Origin: Camelus dromedarius
Taxonomy: Eukaryota
Assembly (NCBI RefSeq): GCF_036321535.1
Contig: NC_087436.1
Coordinates: forward strand, 98,458,001-98,522,000
DNA: 64,000 nt
Direction of reading: 5' to 3'
Shown piece after piece: positions 13,661 to 25,633 of this stretch. The notes beneath the pieces are model-generated. The model had not been told where the DNA came from, did no database searches, and was given only the letters and a program-made list of their open reading frames with translations. Every line of letters begins with the position of its first letter. Position 1 is the stretch's first letter. A program made the translations under genes and the position numbers.

Positions 13661-14164
13661 AGAATGAAATATCTGAAAGGAGAATGAGAGTTTCGTTCAC
13701 TACTCTTTGTATCTCAGTGTCTCCAAAGAAAGGAGATTCCCACGGCTGTTTTCTCCAAGCCCTCTTCTGTAGACTCTCTCATCCTTAGAGCTGTCGTTTA
13801 CAGCTGCTGCTGCTTCTGAGAAACTAATATAATTAACCTACCATTGTCAGTAAGAGGAGAAGCAGTTCATCTGATATAACGTGAGTTGCAAACAGCTTCA
13901 GACACTGGGAGTGTATGAGATTAGTGTTATTAAGGAAGTCTCAACAGTGAGAGAGATACTGAAGCCAGGACAGGGTGTGGGTCAACCAAGAATAGGACAG
14001 CCTCGTTGTCTGGAGACATACAGAGTGAATGAGTGATGTGGGCACCATGTGGAAGCTGCTTTCCTTTTCAGTTGAGCAAGAGGGAAAGTGGGTCGCTTTC
14101 TAACACATGCTAAGAGTTTTCCTTACTATCTTATTTCCCTGAGTACAGATGCCATCATTTGTGA

Positions 14165-14165
<1 letters not shown>

Positions 14166-14197
<32 letters not shown>
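14166..14197. repeat. (TG)n microsatellite
   Basis: Direct reading. Confidence 0.97.
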
Positions 14198-14199
<2 letters not shown>

Positions 14200-14239
14200 G
14201 TACTGAAACTCAATTCTGTCCCATAATTTTCTACTAGAA

Positions 14240-14544
14240 CAAAAGTCAGCAATTTTTTTTTCTGTAAAAGGCTAGATAATAGATATTTTCAGCTGGCTAC
14301 TATGGTCTCTGCTGCAACAACTCTCCTGTAACGTCTTAAAACAATCACTAGCAAAATGTAAATAAGTGAGTGTGACCTTGTTCAAATAACATTTCAATGA
14401 TGGACTGAGAAATTTGGATTTTACTGATTTTCATGTGTCATGAAATATTACTCTTGATTTGATGTTTTTTCAAACATTTAAAATGTAAAATGTTTTATCT
14501 CACACGTAACGTTTAAGCCATGTGGTGTCATTTGCTGATCTCTG
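14240..14544 (+). mobile_element. hAT-Charlie MITE (MER58B-like)
   Basis: Degenerate TIRs caaaagtcagcaa...tttgctgatctctg, flanked by 8-bp tactagaa / cattagaa TSD-like sequences; internal ctgtaaaaggctagataatagatattttcagct. Confidence 0.85.
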
Positions 14545-14653
14545 CATTAGAACATTCTATTTATGTCAAGTTTCAGTTCAGACTCCCTTTTTCTCCCGGA
14601 AGCTTTCAAAGACAGTTTCAGAGCTCATCCTCTTCTAAAAAAGATAATCAATT

Positions 14654-14655
<2 letters not shown>

Positions 14656-14698
<43 letters not shown>
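14656..14698. repeat. (AC)n microsatellite
   Basis: Direct reading. Confidence 0.97.
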
Positions 14699-14702
<4 letters not shown>

Positions 14703-14844
14703 ACCTTTATTTGGAATTTTGTGTATATTCACGTTTTCTTCTTCACATTATTGTATTTTTTTTAGATCTCACTCTCTAATCCGTGGAGGTATGACTAAAT
14801 TCCTACAATAGGCAGCTTTATACTTTATTCTAGTCTAGAATAGT

Positions 14845-15052
14845 CTAGAGGTCATAATAACGGAATGCTTGGCCTATTTTACATTCTGGAAAGTGTAATA
14901 TAAAACTCTAGATTTACCACATCACTTTAAAATTTGGAACATTGGGCTTTGATTATCATATGGCAACACTGGCTGGAACTGAGTAGCAGCTATCAATTTG
15001 GAAAGTGCATTTGATTTCATGTTTACCACTGTCTCCTCTATTCCCTGTTTAT
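14845..15052 (+). mobile_element. hAT DNA transposon (MER102-like), interrupted by an MLT1 LTR
   Basis: atcatatggcaacactggctggaactgagtagcagct...taccactgtctcctctattccctg; probable continuation at about 15534-15600. Confidence 0.6.
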
Positions 15053-15533
15053 CATAGGAGGATTTTTAGGTGGCTCCTTTGAGTATGGGTGGGACCTGTG
15101 AATATAATGGAATAGTCGCTCCATGATTGCATCATATGATACTGAAATATATTGTAGCTGGCTGACTGAAAAGAGATTCTCTGGCTACTTTTGAAGAAGT
15201 AAGCGGTCGTGTTGTCAGAGGACCATGTGGTGAGGGTGGCCTCTAAAACCTGACAGCAACCATAGCCAACAGCTGACAAGAAAGTGAGCCCTCCAGTCCT
15301 ACAACCCCAAGTAACTGAATTGTGGGAACATCCTGAATGAATTCAGAAGAGGATGTTGAGCCTCACATGAGATTGTAGCCCAGTCTGTCACCCTGGTTTC
15401 AGCCTGGTGAGACTCAAAGAGAGGTTTCAGCTAACCTGTGCCTGGAATTCTGAGAAAACCTTGAGATAAGAAATTTATGTCATTTTAAGCTACTTTGTAG
15501 TCATTTGTTATGCAGTAATAGAAAGTAAATACA
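15053..15533 (+). mobile_element. MaLR solo LTR (MLT1E/F-like)
   Basis: gccctccagtcctacaaccccaagtaactgaattg...tttcagcctggtgagac...tttgttatgcagtaatagaaagtaaataca. Confidence 0.9.
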
Positions 15534-16554
15534 CTTACTTTGCACAGGCACACTTTGCTAATTGACACAATCCACCTAGCCTGAGGATGCCAAAAAGGCT
15601 AGACTTGACCTGTTTCAATTGCCACAAAGTCCTCTACTTTACAAACAATGACAAATTACATGCAATTGTCTCAAGAATTTTTTTTTACTTCAAAATTGGT
15701 AGGATTTGAAATAGCCAAATTTTCTGTGCTGAACAGCAGAAACACCAGGTGAATTAAGAAAGCTGTTAAGTAACTGTCTCTTTCCTTCTGAGTAAAGTTG
15801 CCGAATTGTTCTAGACTCAGATCTGCCTTATATCCTTATTAATTACTCTCAAAGCAGTGGAAGATGAACACAATTGGAAAAAAGGGAAAAAATTGTTATT
15901 TACTGCCAGTAAGAAGACTTTCCATTACAGACCTTCCAGTCACAGGTGGATCACGTGACCCCCATCAGACCCTCCAATTTCCAACTCTCTGTCTTTCCCA
16001 AGGCTGGACCTTACTCCACCCAGCTCACCATGTGTGAATCCAGCCCTGACTGAATCTCAGACTGCAACTCTGGAAACTGTCCTTTCTGAATGCAACTGTG
16101 CCTTACTGCTTTCATGCATAATAGCTCCTTGTTGATCCCTTCTCTTGGTACTTCACCTCCACCGCATTTTATCTCTGTCTTGGTTTCATACCAATGTTCC
16201 TCTTCAGTGCCACTAGAATGCTATAGAAAAAGGATGATCCATGGACAGTGTATTCTAGCCTTTCTTCTGTGTGACTGTCCTTCTAGATTAATGTATAAAC
16301 TTTTCCAGGTTTTAGTGTTTGCCATTTAGTTTGATTTTGTTGGCCAACATACTTCTTTAATGTTCTCTAAAGTTAAAAAAAAAAGTAACTGATTCAGTGA
16401 AATATGAGATGTAAATGTGAATTATAGGAGATGTCAATATGCAGTATGAATTATAGCTCAAGACCACATGAAAAACATCAAGAAAAATGTACAAACTTCA
16501 GTTTAACCTTAACTAACAAGAAAATCTTTTGCTTAACAAAAATTTTGTTTCTTT

Positions 16555-16945
16555 CTTGCTTATTATGTGCTGGATGACTGGGTTTTTTTTTTTCCTAGAG
16601 AATTTTTTTTTTTGGAAGGGGAGGTAGTTAGGTTTATTTATTTATTTTTTAGAGGAGGATGGAGATTGAACACAGGACCCTGTGCATGCTAAGCATGTGC
16701 TCTACCACTTGAGCTATACCCTCCCCCCCGGGTGGCTGTTTTAAGAGTTCATAAATATCAACTCAGTTAAGTCTTCTCAAAGAGGTCTGAGTTATTGCTA
16801 TTATTATCTCCATCGTTCACATGAAGAAACTAGAGCACAAATGGGTTAAGTAACTGGTTAGGGACAAAGACAGAAACTGGCGGAGGCAAACTTCAGTCTC
16901 AGGTCACATTCCAGCTCCAAAGTCTATTCTTTGAAACACCATGAT
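16555..16945 (-). mobile_element. MIR SINE, interrupted by a camelid SINE
   Basis: gcttattatgtgctgg...ttattatctccatcgttcacatgaagaaactagagcacaaatgggttaagtaact (antisense MIR core). Confidence 0.75.
16603..16729 (-). mobile_element. tRNA-Ala-derived camelid SINE (vic-1-like)
   Basis: Reverse complement ggggggagggtatagctcaagtggtagagcacatgcttagcatgcacagggtcctgtgttcaatctcc...aaataaataaataaacctaactacctccccttcc(A)n: A box, degenerate B box and SINE tail. Confidence 0.92.
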
Positions 16946-17647
16946 GGGCTGCTTCCAGCCACTTTCCTCCACTTTCCATACTCAACATTGATAATGATAA
17001 TACGTTCATAACAATAAAACATTTAAAATGGGTAGTGTGATCATACCCCCAAAACATAGTGTATGTAAGGGAAGTCACTTTAAAGCCAGGTTAAATGATA
17101 CAAATGTCTCACATAACCTCACTCAGGAGGGTCATGAGAAGATCCTAATGTCCTATTTGGGCATAAAAAACACTTAAGTACTTTCTACCACCGTAGCACA
17201 CTAAGGTGTAAAGCATGTCCATTTTTTTTTTTTGATAATACAGAGGAAGAGTGTATATTTCTGTATTACTCAATTCATCTAGAGCAATTTAGGTGAAATA
17301 AAAATTAATCTAAATCAAATTGTTTCACTTATAGAAGAAAATAAGCAAAACAGACTTAGAAGGAATTTTCATATAACCTCCATGAGTGTTGAAAATATGT
17401 CAGTCTGAAATATCCCCCAAGTGTTATCAAGTAAACTTAAGCTTTAAGACTTATGTTTTCTCTGATCTCTTCTACCTATCTCCCTGCCCCTGTAAATAGT
17501 AGAAGGAAATGCCATTTCCTATTTATAAAATTTATGGAAAAGCCTGAGTTCGTGTATCATCTCTGATAAAAGTGGAATAGCTGAAGCACTCTGAGTATTT
17601 CTCCAAAATAATTGAACTGTTTATTAAAAGAGTAACAAGGATGAAAA

Positions 17648-17650
<3 letters not shown>

Positions 17651-17710
<60 letters not shown>

Positions 17711-17780
17711 CACACACACACACACATACACAAATACACAGACATACATATATGCATATTCATATATTTGTATATGTACA
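17651..17780. repeat. (TA)26 followed by mixed CA/TA tract
   Basis: Pure TA run at 17651-17702, then alternating purine-pyrimidine sequence. Confidence 0.97.
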
Positions 17781-17807
17781 TTTATTTACCTGAACAAAGA
17801 AGATGCG

Positions 17808-18077
17808 CTGTATGGTATGTTAGTCAAAAGTAGAAATTCTGAAGCCAGAATGCCTGCCTGCATCTTAATCCTGCCTTTCCCCATTGCCAGCTATGTAAAC
17901 TTTTACAGTGACTTCATTACTCTGTATTCAATTTCCTAACTTATAAAATGGGAGTAATAATAATTAGATATAATCAATACTTCATGATATTTCAGGGATT
18001 AAATATGTTCATATACATAAGGTGCAAATTTTCTTAGAACAATCCTGGCACATAATATGCTCTGTATAATCATTAGG
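17808..18077 (+). mobile_element. Near full-length MIR
   Basis: ttctgaagccagaatgcctg...cagctatgtaaac...caatttcctaacttataaaatgggagtaataat...cttagaacaatcctggcacata. Confidence 0.85.
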
Positions 18078-19859
18078 AATATGTTTCTGTATAAACTAAG
18101 GAAAGAAGCATATGTATACAGGTGTTTGTGTTGTGTGTGAGTAGGTATATGTGAATTAGTAAGACCTGTAGCTCACCAAAGATTCTCCATGGAGTAGAGA
18201 CTCACGTACAACAGAAAAGTTGATTTATACCTCCTACCTCCTGTTCATACTACTTTGGAGATCCATTCCTCTTTGCCCTTGGATAAAATTTAAGGCATAT
18301 TCCTTGGCTAGTCTTATAGTTCTCAGGTACTAAAAAAAAAAAAATGTTCACATGACTTTGAGTTCAAGCAGATTCATTTTAATAAAATGTCCAGAAGCTT
18401 GAAAGTTCAGAACTCTAAACTTAAAGTTAAAATTCTCATTTCGTTGCTCTTGACTACTTCAGTGTGGAGGAGCCTGCAAGGGGAAGAGTTCAGAGTCAGC
18501 TCCTTTGCTCTCTCCCCTGCCGTGGTCTTCTCCACTCAGGACACTGCCTCTGACTGACAGGACACTGTGGTGGGGTGAGGTGAGCAGTGTTCCGGGGAGG
18601 TGGCGGGGAGAGTACAGAGCGCAGCCGCGGTGGACGGCCCCCTTCATTGCGCTGGGAGCACTTCTGTGCTGTCTTCATAGAAAACCCCTCTGCTCACTCT
18701 GAGTCTCTCACATGCAGTGACAGTCCTACCTATCTCCTGGTGTGTCACTTGGAAGGATCCTTCCTCAGTTTCTGAGGATTCATCTACATTCCTCCTCCTC
18801 TATATTTCAATGCTTTTGCTTCTCCATTTGACTTTTATGACACATTGGTTAAGTAATCCAGGTGACTGTATCAATGAGAAATATGCAACTTTAATCCCCG
18901 ATTAATGTGAATGGAGTTACTTTTGAATCAGTGTTTTCTATTCCACTGTCTCAAGACAGTAAAGCCAGTCTTTAATGCTTTGGAATGATAAGGTGTGAAT
19001 CAGATACCAAATACTGTGTTCACCAAGTTCCAAGCGCATACAGAAGCTCTCTGTGTTGTGCCCACCAGGCTTGCCATACGAACAGACTTCCCCCATCCCT
19101 ACCTTATAGGAGCTCACCAAAGTTTCTCTATAAATTCCCAGCCTCTTTCATAATTGCTTAAGAGCCTTTATTGGACTGGATTTAAGGTCGGTATAGTTAA
19201 ATATGGGTCTTATGGGTGGTTTTATGTGTTATACATATGAAAATATTGTTCACATGATTTATCCCTCTGTTTGGAAACTTGATATAATTTGTCACATATG
19301 CTTTTTTTCTTGTACTTTGTCACTGAACATCAGCTAGAAAATATTCCATTTTAATTATATGTTCTTGCATTTATATACACACAAACACTTGCATGTGTAC
19401 AAAATAGAAATATTAAAGCATTGATAATCTGAAAGATATAGATTGGATAAGGAGAGAAGAGATTGATAAAATACATAGAAAATTGTGTTATTTTTAGTGG
19501 ATGTTTTCAGTAGAAAAAACAATCATATATAGATTAGAAGTTAAAAATGTGTCAAATGAATTATGAAGATCTAATTAATATCCCCTTAATCAGTCCAAAA
19601 ATACAAGAAGAAACCAGATAGCTGTCAAATACAGGTTTGCATATCATTGAAAATACCTGTGATCAGGAAGTAAAAAAGACACTTTCATTACAATTTTGAA
19701 ACCAATAATTTCTTCTGTAATTTATTATTCTATTTTTTCTCTCTTTCTCCCACCTTCTCTCCCATCTGCCTACCTATTCACTTATCTATCATTTCTTCTG
19801 TCACCATGCTGGAAGCCATTCAGAAAAATAGGTAGGACCCACACACAGGGATAAAATCC

Positions 19860-20005
19860 TCATTTTTATAGCACTATTTAAAGGCTTCTAGAGCTTCATA
19901 CATATTACCTCATTAATTTTCACAATATCCTGTGAGGTGTGTAGGTGGAAATTATTTCTCATTTTATGGATTGAAAAAGTAAGGTACTGTAAACTTACCA
20001 AAGAG
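19860..20005 (-). mobile_element. MIR fragment
   Basis: cctcattaattttcacaatatcctgtgaggt...ctcattttatggattgaaaaagtaagg. Confidence 0.7.
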
Positions 20006-20309
20006 ACTTAGGAATAAAATACAGGAAACCAAATAAGATATGCTTTAAAAAATATATAGATGAATAGCTGTGTACCTTTTTTTCTAGAAGTTAATTTTAT
20101 GTATTGGAGCCTATTCAGAAGTTTTTGAAAGTCTGATAAAATTAGAGCCATTCTCTCAATATTCTTGGAATATGCTAATAAAAGGGGAATCTCATCAAAT
20201 ATGAGCACTGTTAATAAAAATAGCAATTGAAAATGTAGATTGAGCACCTATGCTGTGGCAGAGCTTCCTGCGTTATCAGTTTTAGGCTCACAACAACCTT
20301 ACCCTTCTG

Positions 20310-20600
20310 ATTCTCTATTGCAGCATAACAAACAAACAAAACAAACAAACAAACAAAACCCAAAAAACACAAAAGGGGCTTAGTTGAGTGGTTCTACCTC
20401 AGGGTGTCCTCTGAGGTTGCAGTAGAAGTGTTGACTGGGGCTGCAGTTTCATCTGGACACTCAACTGGAAGAGGATCCATCTCTAAGCAAACTCACTGTA
20501 TCGATGTAACTTAGTTTCTGGAAGGTTGTTGAACTGAGTGGCTGTTAGCACAAGCCTCCCTCAGTTCCTTGCCACATAGGTCTCTGTGTAGGCAACAACA
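20310..20600 (-). mobile_element. MaLR LTR fragment (MLT1F/G-like)
   Basis: tctattgcagcataacaaa...ggcttagttgagtggttct...gactggggctgcagtttcatctgg...ctcagttccttgccacatagg. Confidence 0.75.
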
Positions 20601-21294
20601 CCTTTCACCTTTCAGAGATCTTTACAGAGGATTTTACAATCACAGCCTCAGCCTCTTCTTTGGACCAAGTTCAAAGAGTAAAATGCTTCAATATGGTTGT
20701 TATGTAGTACCTAATGAACCGCACATCTGGTTATAGATTCTGTGAGTACACATTAATAAAAATGAACAAACACATGGGTACAGTCATATTCACAGAAAAA
20801 AATAACATCAAGTACTATATATTGAAAACAACAATAAAATATTGTCCAGATGTATAGATTATATAAAAATTTATTAGCCCTGTTTTTTCTATTGTATGTA
20901 TTTTTCTTCAAAATAATCTGTCATTCTTCTAACAAAAATATTATGTTAGGTATACAGTAATTTTATTGCATATATTCCTAATTTATGCAGGGTTGCTTTT
21001 TCTTTCATCTTTTTGTCTTTTCCCTTACTGTATCAAAATGGGAACCATTAAGCTATTTGGAAGAAGTCATGTAAATAATTTTTAAGTTTCCCCAAATTAA
21101 AACCATTTGCTTTCCACTTTCAATTCTTACCATTGCTTGTATGAACACACAATGCACAAACAATAATATTAACTTAGTAGCATTGCTGTGAGTATAAAAT
21201 TAGACAATACACAAGCACTTGACAGTGTGCTCAGTCAGTATTATCTATGGTTATTTTTATTAGAATGTTTATTATCATTGGTGGATTTCCCAAA

Positions 21295-21440
21295 AGTTGA
21301 GACCTGCCAGCAACTATCTGATTGAGTTTGGAATGAGAATCTCCAAAGTCAATCCCTGGAAATAACTTCATCTCTGGTCAGCAGTTTAACAACAACCTTG
21401 TAAGAAATCCTGAGCCAGAAACACTCAGATAAACCCCAGA
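21295..21440 (+). mobile_element. MaLR LTR fragment (MLT1-like)
   Basis: cctgccagcaactatctgattgagtttgga...caaccttgtaagaaatcctgagccagaaacactcag. Confidence 0.55.
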
Positions 21441-22085
21441 TCCAATTTACCCAATTATTAACATTTTATATTAATAGGATGTATTTGTCAAAATAAATGA
21501 ACTGATATGGATATATAATTATTAATTAAAGGCAATTCTTTATTCAGTTTTCCCAAGATCTCATCCAGGAGACCACATTACATTTAGTCGTCAAGTTTCT
21601 CAAGGCTCTGTTGGCTGTGACCATTTCTCAGACTTTCCTTGTTTTTTTATGCCTTTGCCAATTTTGAGGATTACTGGTTAGGTGTTTTAACATTTTGTAG
21701 AATGTCCCTCAATTGGAATTTGTCTGATATTTTCTCTCATGATTAAATTTGAATAATATACTTTGGAAAGGAAAAATATAGAGCTAAAGTGCCATTCTGA
21801 ACTCATCACATCAAAGACACATGATATCAATGACCAGTCACTGTTGGTGCTAAGCTTCATCCCCCAGCGTGGGGAGTTGTTTCTCCACCGTAAAGCTACT
21901 CTGTTGTTCTCCCTTAGCTACCGTCCTCTTTGGAAGAAGGTCTCTGTGCACAGCCCACACTTAAGACGTGGGGAATTGTGCTCTGCCTCCTTAAAGGTAG
22001 AGTATTTACCAAAATCATTTGGCACTTCTCTGCATGGGAGAGCTCCCTCTATTTATTCAAGCACTTATATCAGTATAGTCTCAAA
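21440..22085 (-). mobile_element. L1MC-type 3'UTR
   Basis: ccacattacatttagtcgtc...ttttgtagaatgtccctcaattggaatttgtctgat...tctttggaagaaggtctctgtgcacagcccacacttaag. Confidence 0.85.
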
Positions 22086-22104
22086 CTTTTGCTAATAATC
22101 TAAT

Positions 22105-22545
22105 ATTCTATTAACCATGTCTTTTATTTTACATATTCTGATGTTCTGACATCTGGGGCCCTGCTGATCCTAGAGAGACTGCCCCTCCCTGGGTTAGCCA
22201 ATTCCTGCCTATAGTAAAAAGCTCACTCCTAAGTGTGCCTGCAAATGCATACCAGCCAGTCCAGATGCCATACCCCCAACTACCTCCTTTTCTGGACTCT
22301 TGCATACCAGGCCCCCTCCACCTGCTCTACTCACCCCCAGACAACTAAGGACAGCCACTATGCCCCAGAGCCCACGGAAATCGTACAGACTAGCCTGCTG
22401 TCACTGCCCGTCCTGTTGCTTCCCACAGAAACCACCACAGTAAAGGCTCTTGACCACAATTTCCCCAACATCTTCTGCCTCCTGACCAACTCTGGTGCTT
22501 CCCATGCATGACATGAGCCTTTGCCATGGAATCTATGAGTATCTG
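22105..22545 (+). mobile_element. ERVL-class LTR (MER74-like)
   Basis: gacatctggggccctgctgatcctagagagactgcccctccctgggttagccaattcct...cagtaaaggctcttgaccac...ctctggtgcttccc. Confidence 0.7.
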
Positions 22546-22629
22546 TGTGTGCCTGTGTTTATAATTTTATATATTCTTGATAATTTGACCATTTAATCAA
22601 TTTATCAATTAACCTTCTTTATATAAAGT

Positions 22630-23140
22630 CTGTTTGGGTTTTTTTCCCCTGATATTTGAATAGCCTTTTCAGTTTCTATTTGGTTACTACTCGGGTGAAA
22701 TATCTTTCTTTTGTTTTCAACTTATTTGTATCTCTGGGTATAAGGTAACTCTTGTAGACAGACTATAAACAGATTATATATTTTATCCATTCTACCAGCC
22801 TCTGTCTTTTAATTGATGAGTTTAATTCATGTATAATTAAAGTGATTACTCATAGGAAAGGTCTTACTTCTACCATTTTGCTATTTACATATATATTTTT
22901 TATTCCTCCATTCCTCCAATAATCCCTTCTTTTATGATTTATTGTATTTTTAGTGCATTTTTTGTTTGTTTTCTTTTCTATGTATTTTTCTTTTAATTTG
23001 CTATGTATTTTTTCTTTTCTATGTATTTTTTTTAATTTTCTGAGTTATTATCCTGGGGATTCTAATTAATATCCTAAATTTCTAACAGCCTAGCTTGATT
23101 TGATACCAACTCAGCTTCAGTAGCATACAAAACTAGTCCT
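22630..23140 (-). mobile_element. Ancient L1M ORF2 5' (endonuclease) and inter-ORF fragment
   Basis: ctcttgtagacagactata...tatccattctaccagcctctgtcttttaattgatgagtttaattcat...aaagtgattact is the antisense start of ORF2. Confidence 0.75.
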
Positions 23141-23559
23141 ACTTTGGTCGAGCCTTTACTTTTGATGAGACATTGGCATCAGAGCTTGCCTTACTTTTTA
23201 ATAGTTTCCCTGGTCTTGGAATATACTTATGATGGCTGCTTTGATGCCTTTGTTAACCCCAACATCTTGGTCCTCTCACAGGCGTTTTTGCGTCCTATCT
23301 TTTCCTGTGTGTGAGTCATACAGTTCTGCTTCTTTGCATGTTTTACATATACACATAAATACACATGTATTTGGAGGTAACCCAGAAAAATGCACTAGAA
23401 AAAATGCAATAAACCACAGAAGAAGGGATTTTTGGAGGAATTGAGGAACAAAAAATATGACATGTATATGTATATGTATATACATTTATATATAGTTGTT
23501 GTTGAAACGAACATTTTAGATAATGGAGTTTAAAAAATCTGGATAGTGATTTATCTCGC

Positions 23560-24750
23560 TTCTCAGCAGAACTTGTTTTAGTTGTTGATGTTTGTTAGTG
23601 ATCCGGCTAGACTATTGCAGTGAAGCTCTTTCCCTGAACTGTGAACCCTCAGATGCTGCTGCTTGGAGGGCACAGCCTGAGGTATTATTGCTCAGAGTTA
23701 CCCTGGGATGCCAGGAGTTTCGGAAGGGCTCTCCTTGGCTATCTCTTTCCCTGATCTCTCTGTTAATTGTCTGCCTAATTGGCTTTCCAAACAGCTGTTA
23801 GGATCCACTAATTGCATGCTGATAACTGTATTGTTTTCAACAAGGCTTTATGGCATAAACCACTCTAGAGTCTAATCCAATTAAATTGGGACAGGGATAG
23901 CTTTTGGGAGTGGGTGGTCTTTGAGGTTCTTTCTGACCTCTAAAGTCTCTTCTTAGCTTTCTTTCTCCAGTTCTCTCTGGTGGGGGGAAAAAAAGACTAT
24001 GCTTTAGCTTGTTGCTTTTAAACAAAAGGAATTGGTTAAAGAGTACCTTTAGGCTTGAACTTCCCCACACTCTCTTTTTTTTTCCCATCAAAAAATCTGG
24101 CCTTGAAGGTTGAGAGCTTTGAGGCCAAGGAAAAAGAATATCGAAGCTACTAAACAGGTAATTGGGTGGAATGATAGCCTCTGGTCTTCTCAGCTTGCCT
24201 CTTTCTTTGTAGAACCTCTGCCTTATTAGCAAGCTGATGTGAGGGAGAATGGGCTTTCAAAATTTTAGCTTGTCAAACGTGGGGTTTATTTATAGCGAAT
24301 GAGTGAGACTGGATGGAGGAAGAGAGTACCCACCATTTCCTCACACTCACCAGCAATTTAGCCTCTTCAACTTTAAACTGGACACAATCACAAATGCTCA
24401 CATCCTTCCTCTCCTCTACAGGAGATAGTGTATCCGTCTGATGGAGAGCTGAATGGAGAGGGTGCCTTCTCTTCTTGGTCACACCCACCCAGAGTGAGCC
24501 TTTCTTTTTGCTAAACTGTGGGTGGTGTGGGGAGTGTCAGAGAGCAGGTCATGGCTAGATCCCATAGACTAACTTCTTATCAAGTTGTCCTAGACTTTCT
24601 GGAATAAATATTTCTTTATTTGCTCTCTACCCTTAAGACGGTTTCTGGAGACTTTATATAAATGTTTCTTTATGTTCTTCATCAATTATACTAGTTTCAC
24701 CAGAAGTGAAATGGAACTTTCCGTATTCCCATCCCAGAAGTAAAAGCCAA
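23560..24750 (-). mobile_element. Ancient L1M 5'UTR fragments
   Basis: Reverse complement of about 24540-24750 reads acttctgggatggg...aagtctccagaaaccgtcttaagggtagagagcaaataaagaaatatttattccagaaaa, resembling old L1M 5' ends. The intervening sequence is less certain. Confidence 0.5.
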
Positions 24751-25219
24751 CCGTGGTTCTTAACTGTTGAAAATGGAAGGAAAACTTCTCTCATTGAAGA
24801 TACTTCCTTTCATTCGAAAAGAGATGCTTTAGCATAGCATTCCCCCAGGGGAGGCAATGTAAATGGGTGCAGAAAATGCCTTGCCTCTCTTTCTCCTTGG
24901 AGGAATCTACTTGCATAAAATGCATGTTTCCTTCCTCACCTACATGCCACATATTTGAAAAGGGCTATCTCCACTCAACTTAATTAGCTGTAAAACTTCA
25001 AGATCCCCAGATTTTAAAGATTGGTTTATAAACTTGGAAAAATAGAAAAAGAAAAATTTTAGGATAGAAAACTAACACTGATTGATGCTTCTGACGCTGC
25101 TAGAGTGAGTGAATTTAAATTTGGGATGTACTTAAAGGATGCTGCATAACACAGGTCTTCATTTTGCTAAATTTTTTGTTTGTTAGCATTTAGTGGTTTA
25201 CAGATAAATTGTGTAGCCT

Positions 25220-25633
25220 TGTGAAGGAGAGACTGGGCTGGTCTAACAAGATAACTCACAAATCCAAGTATCAGAATACTGATCTGAGTTCTGCTGGACT
25301 AACTTGTAAATCTAGGTTAATTAGTGTTGGTTTGCTGTTCATGTTTTTTTTGCTAGCCAGCTGGATTTTCAAAGATACATATCTGGCTTTGGAATGTTGC
25401 TTTGCTGCCTCCCTGCCTCCACTTTTGTGATAATGATGCTGCTAAAGCTGTTCCATGCCTATTGGCCGAATACCCCAAGCTTGGTACTTTACCCTATAAA
25501 ACCTCATGCGCACGTCTTGGAGGTGCTCAGAGCTTCGGAGCAGAAGCCCCTCTGAGCCCGCTGGCGTAATACATCTGAGTACTGCAACCCTCCGACCTGC
25601 TTGTTTCTTGACTGGCCTGTTGTTTCCGTAACA
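25220..25633 (+). mobile_element. Young ERV1-type solo LTR, 414 bp
   Basis: TG...CA termini (tgtgaagg...cgtaaca) with perfect 4-bp TSD gcct (25216-19 / 25634-37); ATTGG at 25461, TATAAAA at 25495, AATACA at 25568; CpGs retained. Confidence 0.88.

Noticed and set aside
15951..15959. CLEAR/USF E-box TCACGTGAC
   Set aside because: Single short motif with no promoter context; compatible with chance.
16650..16729. tRNA-Ala gene (also 32650-32715)
   Set aside because: Broken stems/boxes plus a SINE-specific tail and poly(A): these are SINE heads, not tRNA genes.
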